Shown one piece after another: positions 39,156 to 51,379 of a stretch of 64,000 bases of DNA. The notes beneath the pieces were generated by a model. The model was given only the letters and a program-made list of their open reading frames with translations, made no database searches and was not told the DNA's origin. Origin of the DNA: Camelus ferus (Eukaryota). Location: positions 72,294,001 to 72,358,000 of the forward strand of contig NC_045697.1 in the NCBI RefSeq assembly GCF_009834535.1, given 5' to 3'. Positions within the stretch are counted from its first letter, which is position 1. The number at the start of each line of letters is the position of its first letter. Both the position numbers and the translations under genes were made by a program.

Positions 39156-42001
39156 TTATTAGACTTTCAAAATCAGAAATGCACATGTGTATATAACTTT
39201 CCAAGTATCGAGTATTACATAAGAAGGAAAAAAAGTCAGAGGAGGCTAAGCTACTCTAAAGTACCTAAGGGTATTTGTGTGTTCCATCCTGAAGAAGCCG
39301 TGATCTCCAGAACCCCCATCTCTCCATCGTCAGATGTGTCTGATCCTTCCTTCAGAGGGCGCAGGGCTACAGCCGAGCCCACGCTCATGAGTCAGTCAAA
39401 GCACTGCGGTTGGCCTTAACATCATTTTTCTCCTACAATCCTCAAACTAATAATCCTGCTTTCCTATCTAACACAGCTCTAGGTGAAAAGGGGTTGCAAC
39501 AGAAGGAAACTCCTTTTCTGTCCAAAGTGCAAGAGTTAAAGGGGGTATATATATTACAAGGGGAAACAAGACAGTTTCTTAGCCTACTCCTGAGTGCAGG
39601 CTAGAACTCACGAGGTTGAGGGAAATGCCTGGAGAGAGATTCTTGACTGATACGAAGGGTCGGAGGAGCTCACACCTGTTCCGGGAGCGAGGCTGGGCAG
39701 CTGAACAGAACCACATGTGCAGCTGCTGCCCCTGAGAAGGGGCCGGGAGGAGGCGTTGAGCTGACAGGTAAAAGCAGCGGTGGGGAGCAACCTTTTTGGC
39801 ATGGGTTCAAGTCCAAGCCCAACCCCGTGAAACTCGTACAACACCACTATACTTCTGTTTTCTCAGTTCTAGAATGTGGATAATAAAAGCACCTCCCAGG
39901 ATCAGTATTTGCAAGAGGTGATGGATGGAAACTACTTAGACCCAGTCATGGCACACAGTGAGCATTCAATAAATGGTATTTATCACCACTATGACATGTA
40001 CTGACCTGAAGTGATGCCTAATATACATTAAGGTAAAGAAAAAAGTCAGTATACAATATACACAGAATGCTATCATTGGTAGGGAGAAATATATATAAAT
40101 CTATATATGATATGTGTCTCTGTATGTTTATAGATGTATATCGCAAGATATATGAATACTGCCTACACAAGAAACTGGTTAACACTGGTTGTTTCTGTGG
40201 AAGGGAACCAAAAAACTAGGAATCAGGGATAGAAAGAGACTGGCTTTTCTTTATATATCGTACCTTTCCAATTTTCTATTGATTACATCCGTTACCTATT
40301 TTTAAAAGTCATTAAAATTAACTGACCTCTTTTTAAAAAAGAAAACAATAAGCCGGGTGGACAGCAGTATAAATGACTAGGAGGGAATGGTGACAAGATG
40401 CCATGTGCTGGACCTATAAGATCCAGCAACTAGCAGTGTAAGTGAGAAGGAAAAATAAAGAAAATAGGCATCAAATTCTGGGCCTCGTTCACTGAGAAAG
40501 TATGGGTGCTCTTGTTAGAAATGGGTGAAATACAAGAAACCAAGGATTGGGAGGATTGAGAAGAGACATCTGGATACACTGAGTTTCAATACACCATGAA
40601 CACACTCAGGTAGAAAAGTGAAGCAAAATTTCTGGCTACAAACCAGGAGAAGTGGTAATTCGAGATGAAGGCATTTGAGCAATTCTGACACAGAGGTGAT
40701 GGCTGAAACAAACAGACTTTCAAGAGACAGAGAAGAGAGAAGAAGTGATGTATGGAATGACCCTCAGAAAATCTTTCATTTATCAAGAAATTTACCAAAT
40801 GGGATGTCTAGGGTGGTATATTTTGAACGAAAGGATGTTGTGCTCTTGTCCCTGTTTTCGCTGGACATCTTTAAATTAAAACAATAGTTGTTCCCTTTGC
40901 TTACTATGTATTCATCTTGCCAACAGGCAGTGTGGGACATGAAAAGAAGATCTGGGTTGAATCCTTGCCCCACCATTTACTAGGTGCACGATCTTAGGCC
41001 ATAACTTCTCTGAGCCTCAGCTGTTGCGGGAATTATACGAACAAGTGCAACCTAAGAGGCCCAAGGAGTGCGCTGTACATGGAAGGCACCAAGTAAATAG
41101 CATATGAAGATGAATTTCATAGGCGAGGGTGACTATGCGTACTTCCATGTGACACGCACCAGCCGGCACTCACCTAAAGATCCAACCCTTGGATGATCCT
41201 TTGATTCCCTGTATGCGGCCCTGAGAAGCAAACCCTCCCGTGCCCTAACCACACCCCATGTGGCATCAAATGAAGAAGCACGTGTGCAGGTTTAAGAATC
41301 AGGGTTTGTTTTTTTTTTTAGATATCTTTTTTTAAAAGGACAGCTGAAAAATCTCATGGTTCTCAACTCCTAAAAGCTGAGTAATATTATTAATTGATGA
41401 CTATTCCGGTTCAAATTGAAATTTCAAATACAGAGTCATTGGTTAACTTCTCTCATGTCACACACGGTTTCAGCAGTCAAACTTTTAGAAGAAGACAATC
41501 AGACCTTTAAATGGTTCCTTTTCTAGAGGCTTTTGAGATTATTTCACAACATAAAATGATCAAATAAAGTCAAACATTCCATTTGTAAGTCCTCTGTGGA
41601 AGGTGAGTGTAGCAACCAGAAAAAATACCTTCTATTTTAAGAATAAATTTATGGTTAGTCATTTTGGACCATACTCATGGGACTTCCTTCTCTGAAACAC
41701 ATCAAAAATATTCATATGAGTGATAATGGTATTGTTGTTAGAAAGCCACACTGAAATGTTTGAGGATGAAATGATGTGATGTCTAGGACTGCTTCAAAAT
41801 AAGGGGTGGCACAGTTGACGAGAAAAAAACAAAATTAGCCACGAACTGCTGAAGCTGGATGATGGGGAAATGGAAGTTCATTCTGATACTCTATTTTCAA
41901 ATTTGTTTGAAATTCACCAAAATAAAGTTTTTTAAAAGTATATTCACATGATAATTTCCTCTTGGCTACTTAAAGTGTACAAAAGTATACATTTATCTAC
42001 A

Positions 42002-42280
42002 CTCATAGACATAGAAAACAAACCTATGGTTACCAAAGAGGAAAGGGGGAGGGAAGGATAAATCAGGAATTTGGGATTAATAGATACACACTACTATATA
42101 CAAAATAGGTAAGCAACGAGGTCCTACTGTATAACACAGGGAACTATATTCAATACCTTGTAATAACCTATAATGAAAAAGAATCTCAAAAAGAATATAT
42201 ATATATATATATAAACTGAATCACTTTGCTGTACACCTGAAACATAAATCAACTATACTTCAACAAAAATATATATATAC
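42002..42280 (+). mobile_element. 5'-truncated L1 3' end with TSD
   Basis: ctcatagacatagaaaacaaacctatggttacc...; TSD acatttatctaca (41989-42001) / acatttatccaca (42281-42293). Confidence 0.85.
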
Positions 42281-42422
42281 ACATTTATCCACATTGATGT
42301 ATATATTTTATTAGAATGTACTTAATGAGTGTTAACCTGCATATTAGAGCCTTCGTCAACAGATTCATGGCTCCTTGGACAGAATGGCAGCTCATTGGAC
42401 AGAATAATTAAGACTAATTTGT

Positions 42423-42566
42423 TGAGGGGAGGGTATAGCTCAAGTGGTAAAGTGCATGCTTAGCATGCCTGACGTACTGGGTTCAATCCCCAGCACCTCC
42501 TCCAAAGATAAATACATAAATAAATCTAATTACCTCCCCCTCAAAAAAACAGAGGAAAAAAGAAAA
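42423..42566 (+). mobile_element. tRNA-derived SINE (Vic-1-like)
   Basis: ggggagggtatagctcaagtggtaaagtgcatgcttagcatgcctgacgtactgggttcaatccccagc; TSD aagactaatttgtt / aagactaacttgtt. Confidence 0.9.
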
Positions 42567-44569
42567 AGACTAACTTGTTAATCACATGGATAGCTACTAT
42601 GATATAATCTTGTATTTTATAAATTTACACATTTAAAAAATATCCTTCTCGGAACATTTGTCCCAATTACACGTGAAGAATATAAAGTAACGATAAAATT
42701 TAGAGAAAGTGCTAAGCATCTGGTACCTACCATTTTTAGTAATGTATGTATATATTTATAATATATTTTCTTCTGTTTTTAAATGTAGATTTTGAGTAAG
42801 AACATATTTATAATGGAGTCTATGCAGTTATTAAAATTATTCTAGATCTGTATTTATAGACTTTTATAGCTTTAGAGAGATGTTCACTATATATTTTAAG
42901 TGAAGAAGTAGCTTACAAACCATCCCAGGGATTGACTTCATTCTTATGTTATTATATTTGCTTGTATACACACTTAGAAAAATCTGGAAAGATACACATG
43001 AAAAGTTTCACAGTGATTACTTCTGCTGTATAGTATACTTTTTATTGGCTTTTTCCTGCTTCTTTATATTTTATATTTCTCTGCATCAATTTTTTTGGAC
43101 AATAAGCATTAAACATTTATTACTCTTTTTAAAAGAACTTTAAAAGAAGGAATAAGAAAATTATACCAGTACATGAGAATTTCACATATGATAAAAGTAA
43201 TGTTTTATATCAGTTGACAAAAGGGAAATTGTTCAAATCATAAGATATAAAAAACTGTTTAACCATTTGGAAAAACTCAAATAGATCAAAATTTTAAATA
43301 CAAAAGAGGAATTACAAAAACACTAAAAGGAGAAAATATCTGAAAATATTTAATTGGGAGACAGGGAATTACTTCCAAAGCATGATACCAAACACAGAAA
43401 CAATGATAAAAGAAATAAAATCTTGTAAGATTGCAACATATAAAACTTTAAAACATCTATAGGACCAAATACATCATTAACAAATGGGAAGTTTTTTTAA
43501 ATACATAACAAGAGGTCTAACAAATCTATATTTAAAGGGGTCAACAGAAAAATGATTAAAAACATGAATAAGTAACCCCAAATCACCAATAAACATGAAA
43601 TAAACAAAAGGTGTTTAACCTCACAGAATGCAAATTGTTTCTATTTTTGTTTTTTAAAATAATATCTAAATCTAGCACATAAAATAAGCACTCTGATAAA
43701 ATGATGATGGAAATGTAAAACTGGTACAATTTTTATGAAGAACAACTTAGAAATACACATGAAAAGACTAAATAAAATGCATATACTTTTGGATCAGTAA
43801 TTCCACTTCTAAACTTTAGTCTAAAAAGATAAGGATGCACACTAACTAAAATTAAGCTAATAAGATCTTCACTGAAGAATAGAAAAAATGGAATCAGATA
43901 CTATTCAAAAATAAGTGATAGATTATAAACGCTGGCAAATGTACACAACGAAATTTAAAAAGACCATTGAACGTGGTCTGTAGAAATATGTTTACTGCAT
44001 ACGAAACTGTCACGAAATACTTAATATAAAAAAGTTGTTAAACCGTATATTTAAATACTTATAAATGTGTTCTGAATGGAAATAGTGTACTTTTAAATTT
44101 TAAAGGTAGTTATCTCTGGAAGTCAGGTTTCCAAGTTTTCTTCTTACTTACCTGTATTTTCTAATTCGGGCACACTGAGAATACCTCTTTTTAACAAAAC
44201 CTTTTCAAACTTACACCACTAAGGAATTGCACAGGGAAGATGAGAACATTCCTGTTAAGTGTCCCCTTGTCTAAGCACTTTTATGTCATATGCTTATTAA
44301 TGAGGTTTGCAGCCTTACTAGAATGTGACCTCCCACCAAACAAGAACTGAGTCTTGCTCGTTTCTTTTTCCACTTGTAATGCCTATGTTAGTATGTGGTA
44401 TTACAGTAGGCTGAATGAATAAATGAACCTTCAGCAGGGAGCCCAAAAGGCTCTCCAGGCACCTAAGGTTTAGATTCTGTATAGGAACTACAGTCACGTA
44501 TGAAACACTCAAGGCTGGCAACAGAGCCTCTCAGTAAATACAAATTCTAGTTAACAAACTGCTCGAACT

Positions 44570-45370
44570 GAACAATCCTGAAGTTTTCCTTGAATCCTCT
44601 TTCTCTCACACCTCACATTTAATCCATCAACAAATTCAACTGAACAGATCTTGTTGTTTCTACCTTTAAAATGTGTTTTCCCATCACCACTCTCACCATC
44701 TCACTGCCATCACCCCTGTCCAAGCCAGAAATCACCTCCTGCTCATACACCTGCAATCATCCCCTACCCGGTTTTGATGCTTCCACTCTGATGCACTGTA
44801 GTCTTCACAACAGCCAGAATGACCCTTTAAAGGCACATATAATCATGCAACTCCAAGCTCAAAAACCCCAATAGTTTCCCATCATTGTTAGAATAAAATT
44901 CAAAGTGTTTCCCAGTGGCCTACAAGCCCTGCATGATCTGCCCTAGATGCCTAGTTTGAAATCATCCACCTGCCCCTTGACTCACAGGGCGACGGCCACA
45001 CTGGCCTGCTTACTATTTCTGGACCTGTCAAACCTCCTCCCCACTGCCATCTTCTCTTCTTTTTTGCTGGGAATGTGCTTCTCCTTAAAACCAAACTCAT
45101 CAAAAGATCTTTAGCAAAATGACTATCTTTAACCACCTTTTTTTAAAAAGCAATCTTTCCCAACAGGCCTTCACTCTCTCTTCCTTTAATCTGCTTTATA
45201 CCTGTCACTACATTATCTATTAATTTGTTTATTGTCTGTCTCCTCCACTATCTATTGAGACAGACTTCGATTTCTTCACCACTTGATTCCAAGCACCTAG
45301 AATAATGCCTGCCACATTGGAGGTACTGAGTAAATATTTATGAGATAATTAGGTGAATGAATAATTAATT
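44570..45370 (+). mobile_element. L2 LINE 3' end
   Basis: cttgaatcctctttctctcacacctcacatttaatccatc...gcacctagaataatgcctgccacatt...aaatatttatg...tgaatgaat. Confidence 0.75.
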
Positions 45371-46224
45371 GAAAGACTTCAGCAAGATATGTTTCAAGTT
45401 CTCCTGTAAACACAGTATTTGGGCCAGTGTCTACTCTAAACTATAGAATACTTCCTAAGGTCAGCACCAAAAGGGGATGTTATAATAAAGCAGATAGAAT
45501 GAAAACATCACACTACTCAGTAGCGACACCAATGCTGATGAGTACCGTCAACAGACCTGGAGTTCCCCAACCCCCAAAAGCCTTCACATCGATCATCCCA
45601 CTACCATTTAAGACCTACATCTACCTTCCTGAAACTTAAAGTTTTCTTAAGAACTTATTAACAGATTTAACAGACATTGTAAATTATTCCTGTGAGGAAA
45701 AATCAGTCATTTCATACTATGAGCACCTCATTCACATTAACTTGTAACCAAACATTCTTTCTTGGTATGCAGCCCTGTAACATGGAACAATAATCTGATT
45801 TGCTATAACCACTAATGATTTCCCGTTGCCTTAGTTCTATCAGGAAGATGATGCAAGGAGAGACCCTGCAAATTAAACACAGGCATTCTCAAGGCACATG
45901 CAAGTGACGCTTCAGGGTACCAAGGTCAGCTGTGGTCCCTGTCCTAAGTAGTTTATTAACTAAAAATAGTTTGAGTACTTGAGTTGGAGAAGTACCTACT
46001 TAAGAAATAAACCCAACCATGGTCACTGTAATTTACATTTGCTTCCTTTCTGATATATATTCTCGAAAAGAAGCTGATGGTACCAGACCAGGAATTCTGA
46101 TAGTACCAGATCAGAAATTTGGCATAACCCCGTTGACTGTCCTGTCACTTAAGTAAATTTTGAATTAAATTCCTGACAGTCAACTCCACTGCTTCAAAAA
46201 CAAGATTTTTCATACCACCAGGAT

Positions 46225-46425
46225 AAGTGTTGTACAGTACATAAGGCTATGGAGTCAGGCCAGGCTGGGTTAGAATTCCATTTCTACCACTTAGTTGCTG
46301 GGTGATCTTGGGTAAATCCTCTGCCTTCTCTGGGCTCCATAACTCCATATCTCCCATACAGTGCAGATAAAAGGACCTACTCTACAGTGTTATTATGAGG
46401 ATTGGGGCAATGCATGCAAACCATT
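46225..46425 (+). mobile_element. MIR SINE
   Basis: ggagtcaggccaggctgggttagaattccatttctaccacttagttgctgggtgatcttgggtaaatc. Confidence 0.7.
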
Positions 46426-47059
46426 ATCAAGTACCCCCTGTCCCAGGCAAAGCCACTGAAAATGTGCAGCAGATGGAAACCAAGTGGGAGGTGGCAGTCT
46501 GTTTGCAAACTTCTGCCCACAGGCAGCCAAACAGGAAAGCGTCCTCCACGAGAAGTCTATGAACTGAAGCATCTGTTGGGACACACATACACATCATAGC
46601 ACAAACCCCGAGAGGAAACTGCATCTTTCTTCATATCCCAATCAGCCTTAAAAATGGCTTAGCCTTTACACTAACACTGGGAATCCTAACGTTACCCTTA
46701 TACTTGCTGGTCTCGTTCTCCTCAGGCTATGTGCTGCTGCATCAATTCCAGATCTGCCTCCCTGACGCTTGAAAGTGAAAATGAAAAACTGAGACATTAC
46801 TGAAGACAGTTAACATTTACTTAGCAAAGACTATCGTCCCCTGCAGTGTTCAGGTAGTTGAAACAATAATCCTCAGCCTTAGGCTTTGTCGGTGACAGTA
46901 AGATCTTTCTACCCACGCTTCAGCGGAACACTGTAGCAAAAAGACCGCCAGTAAAACTGTTTACCGTGTCGAAACCTCTGCTTTCCTGAGTTACTGCTGT
47001 CCCGGGGTGGGTGGGTCAGTCTCCATCTAGCCCACCCCCAGCCATGCTCTTCACCAACA

Positions 47060-47830
47060 GTAATTACACTGCCTCGGCGTTTCCCCTCACAGACCACAAG
47101 ATGCAAAAGGGAAGTTCATGCCAAATCGAGGGAACAGCCCCGGGCTCGGGGGCGGGCAGGCCGTTCCTGGGCCCCTCTCTGCACGAGGGAGGACCCAGGC
47201 CCAGGCTCGCGACGGGGCGGCCGCATACAGTACCTGGATGAGCCTCTGCTGGAACAAGGCGCTGTGCACGCAACCCGGGACCTCTCCGGGCAGCTCAAGC
47301 GACCTGTTCTGGCTGCGGACCCTCCAGCTTCCCCGCAAGCTGAGACTGAACGCCGCGGCAGCGGGGCCCGCACCGCACAGCGCAAGCAGCAGAAGCAGAC
47401 GGAGGTGCATGCCGCTGGCCGACGCCGCACACGCCCACAGGGCAAGAACCCCTGCGCTGCCGGGGACCCCGGAAGCCACCGTCGGCTCGGAAGGAGCCCA
47501 AACTCTAGCTCTCCCCGCCCAGGGGCCAGTCCCCGGCCCCCGGCGCCCCGCCTCACTGCCCCGGGCCTCCGGCCCCGCCTCCGGCTCCAGGCCCCGCCCC
47601 CGGCTCCGGGCCCCGAGCCCAGGTCATCTGAGCGGCGAGGATCCGCGGCATGTCCCCGCGCGCGGCAGGCTGGCCACGAGCGCGGAGGTCTCGCAGGCTG
47701 GAAGAAGCCAGGCCGCGGGTGCCGGAGCCGCCGCCGCCGGAGCCGCCGCCTGGTGCACGGCTCCGGGCTCGGACCGCTGCGGTCTGCGTCCTCCTCCGTG
47801 ATGTCTGAACAGGAGGCGAGAGCCCTGCTG
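47060..47830. promoter_or_regulatory. MANBA: CpG island and TATA-less MANBA promoter with clustered GC boxes
   Basis: Very high GC and CpG density against an AT-rich background; Sp1-type CCCCGCC boxes at about 47513, 47547, 47573 and 47592, just upstream of the ATG. Confidence 0.9.
47234..47410 (-). CDS. MANBA: MANBA coding exon 1 (signal peptide and start of beta-mannosidase, GH2 family)
   Basis: ATG at 47410; translates [59 protein letters not shown]; donor CAG|GTACTG; 177 nt, phase 0; lies in the CpG island. Confidence 0.96.
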
Positions 47831-49194
47831 GGTAGTTGGGATACACAGATCTCTGGGCGCAAAGTGGCGCAAAGCTCGGGCACAGATGGTAGTGTGAGGA
47901 GACTACAGCTAGAGAGGCTCCTCACTGTTTCAGAGAACCGAAAACCAAGGCACCTCACGCTTTAGTTCCCCCAAACTTCACCGGCCCCTCATTCACGCTG
48001 CAAGGGTCTGTCCAGCGAAGGTAACGCCCACCTCCTGCAGCTCCACAGGTGGATCTCAAAGCATAATCGGCCCTTCAAAGAGTAAACAGTTACTAAAAGC
48101 ACCTAATCAGTAGGGTTGTTGTGAGGGCTGAGAAAATGCGTGCACAGCGTGCAGCGTTGGGCCCGGCCCAGAGAAAGCACAACCCATTGTCCTGATGTTA
48201 GTGGACTACAACATTTACCTCCGTTTTGTAAAGCCCCACCGAGGAGGTTCCTGAGGTCCCTGAAATCTTCACTAAAAGCACAGGCAAATTCAGGTTGTTT
48301 TCAGCATAAAATGCGTTAACATGTACGGTTGTCCCTAACAATGCCAAGGTACCCAAGAAATACCAGTTTATTTCAAGGCTGGTAGTCACACAGCCTACCT
48401 GAATCCCAGTTTTGCAACAGCATGTGACTGTGATCTAGGAAGTGAAGAGGGTATTTCACATTGCATAAAATAGACTGAGGTTCTTCTGTGTGGATGTTAT
48501 CTGCCTTATTTCTGTATTTAAGAAGTCTTTGAAGAGAAGTTCTCCCTTCATAAAATCTAAGCTTTGTATTGCTTTAAAATGGCCCTGGAATTGCCTGAAT
48601 CTGTAGACACAGCACAATATTTTACTTTTTCAGAGTCAGCATTTTTCACAAGCCTAGCATCTTGGCTTTAGGGACATTTGGATTATCCAGCCCAAGTCCC
48701 TAAAACTAAGGGAACAGGATCCAAAGAGGTCAGGTGACCTGCCTGTCATATGGTGGGGGACAGGACCCAAACTCCTTTCCTGGCTCTTGGTCTCCTTATG
48801 GTAGAGCCCATTAAGGAGGAGAGGTTCTGGCTGGTTCAAAGCCTTCCTCACTCCAGAAGTATTTTTACTTTTGATAGGAACAGAGCTCTCAATTTAAATA
48901 ATGTTCCCTAACTCATGGCATTAAATGCCCAGCTCTGGTCTGTTCAAAACTGGTAACAAGATTTATGGCAGTAAGAGTGGCAAAGGATTTTTTTTTCACA
49001 AATCCTAGAAATTCCATTAAGCCAAGTCAAAGGAAAATTCATCCCTGCAAATATGTTTAGATATACTGTGTTGTTCTATTAAGAAATATTTTAGGGAATC
49101 TATTAAAATATAAACAACCAAGAACAGAGACTTATCATTCCTCCATTCATTCCAGGACACAAGCATGACATCATTTGGATCACTTCACTTTGAA

Positions 49195-49431
49195 AACATA
49201 CATTTGTCCAAACTCAGAATGTACAACACCATGAGTAAACTGCAATGTAAACTATAGACTTTGGGTGATCATGATGTGTCAAGGTAGGTTCATTGATGGT
49301 AACAAATGTACCTCTCTGGTGGGGGATGTTGATAGTGGAGGAGGCTGTGCATGCTTGGGGGCAGGGGGTGTATGGGACTTCTGTATTTTCTATTCAGTTT
49401 TGCTTTTAATCTAAAATTGCTCTGAAAAATA

Positions 49432-49466
<35 letters not shown>

Positions 49467-51010
49467 CATGGATCAAAGAAATAAAAGACTTCCTGTTACT
49501 GTTTTGTTATGTCAGGACCTTGGAAGTCATCACCCCATCCTAAAAACAAGTAAAAAGCTGGCAAACTGAAAATCAACAGTTTTTCTTAGATTTGTCAAAG
49601 AACTGAGGTGAAAGGGCAAGCTGCTGTCCCCAGAATTGGAGAAATAGACAGGTGGATTCAAAGAATCACAACTGATCAAAGCAGAAACCCAGAAGCAGAA
49701 ACCCAGGAGCAGAAAGCTCTGCGGAAACCAGTACTAAGAAAGGAAAACCCAAAGTCTAATTAATTAGTCGCTGCAGGCTCAGTGTGGACAAATCTGACAG
49801 TTAGAAACTTGGTGGGAACTCAGTCTTAGGGGTCACCCAGCTTTGTGAGTTTTGTTTCCAGATCTACCAGTTCTCACGTTTAAGGTTAGAGAACAACCCC
49901 TCATACTTCCAGTAGGGGGCGGGAACCATTTTGAAACATGCTCAAGGACTACCCTCAAGAGAAACTGTTTTATCAGAGCCTTACCTCCTGGAGTTTTATC
50001 ACAGTATCAAATAGGAGAAGGGAAATATCCTCTAGCCTTCCTGCCCTACCTAAGCGGGTGAATGAGAGAGCACTTATGATATTCACAGCCCAGGGACAAG
50101 CTCACTAAAAGACTAAGGCCTAATCATAGAACTATAGAAAGCTTCCTCTCTCCCCACACCCTCCCACTACATCACTAAAAGCCTGTTTGCCACTGTTTCT
50201 TTCACCCCATACATAACGTATGGCTTTCAACAAGGCAAAAAGAGAGAGAGCAAGCACTAGAACCAGACTCAGATGTGGCTGGGATGTCGGATTATCAGGC
50301 TAGGAATCTAAAATACTAGGCCAGCATCGCCCTAATACCAACACCAGACAAAGACATGACAGTCAAAGAGAACTACAGACCAATGTCTCTCATGACATAG
50401 ATGAAAAAAATCCCCAACAAAACATTAGCAAATTAAATCTAACAATATATAAAAAGAATTATACAACATGACCAAGTGGGATTTATTCTGGGTATGTAAG
50501 GCTGGTTCAGCATTCAAAAATCAATTAATGTAATCCATCACAACAATGGGTTAAAAAATAAAATCACATTAGCATGTCAGTAGATACAGAAAAAGTGTTT
50601 GACAAAATCCAACATGCATTCATGACAAAAACTCTCCACAAACTAAGAATAAAGGGGAACTTCCTCAACTTGATAAAGAACATCTCCAAAAACTAAGCCT
50701 AATATTACACTTAATGATGAGAAACAAGTAGTTTTTATGCTAAGATCAGGAATAAAGCAAGGATGTCTCCCCATAACACTCATTTTCAACAACATACTGG
50801 AAGTCCTAACTAATGCAATGAGAAAAGAAAATAATACACAGTTTGGGAAGAAAGATATAAAACTATCTTTGTTCACAGATGACATGATTGTCTATGTAGA
50901 AAATCTGAAAGAATCAACAACAACAAAAAAACGAATAAGCAACTTACAGCAGGTTACAGGATACAAGGTTAGTATAGAGAAGTCTGTCATTTTCCTATGC
51001 ATCAGCAATG
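49195..51010 (+). mobile_element. Cluster of old L1 fragments, including an ORF2 reverse-transcriptase piece (~50320-51010)
   Basis: ORF 50737-51087 begins LRSGIKQGCLPITLIFNNILEVLTNAMR..IKLSLFTDDMIVYVENLKES (L1 RT QG and FADD motifs); L1MC 3' end at 49195-49435. Confidence 0.85.
49435..49464. repeat. (TA)n microsatellite
   Basis: tatatatata run at an L1 tail. Confidence 0.9.
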
Positions 51011-51379
51011 GCTGGCTGTTTTATGGGCCCTGGGATTGCGGGGAGAAAGAGGAGGAAGGGCTAGGAGTAGAAATTACTGGGTACTGAGTTTGAGTAGGAA
51101 TAAATGTATTCAAGTTTTCCCACTTCTCCTCCCCAATAAGGAGATCTCAGCACAGTCGCCTGAAGATCTCTGCCCAAGGCCTCAGATAAAGAGACCTAGG
51201 AGTAAAGGCACTGAAGCTAGGGCTGTGAATATGTGAAGTGCATGCACAGTCAGAGAGGCAACAGTAGGTCCTTCACTGCCACCCCCTTTAGAGATTTGGC
51301 TACATCCCACGTCTTGTTGGGGAGGACAGCTTTCCCACATGAAATCTGTCAGGTAAAGCCTTTGTAATTGCCTGTGGTC

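Noticed and set aside
42370..42405. 20-bp tandem duplication (gctccttggacagaat / gctcattggacagaat); a similar 23-bp one at ~46075-46118
   Set aside because: Ordinary micro-duplications with no sign of function.
47411..47479. N-terminal extension of MANBA in ORF 47087-47479
   Set aside because: It starts at GTG, not ATG. The ATG at 47410 directly precedes the signal peptide.
47116..47965. Long overlapping ORFs of 227-280 aa on both strands
   Set aside because: They lie in the GC-rich CpG island where stop codons are rare. The translations are low-complexity R/P/G/A, and only the MANBA exon 1 frame is recognisable.
50737..51087. 116-aa ORF with reverse-transcriptase motifs
   Set aside because: A fragment of decayed L1 ORF2 with stops and frameshifts upstream; not a novel RT system.
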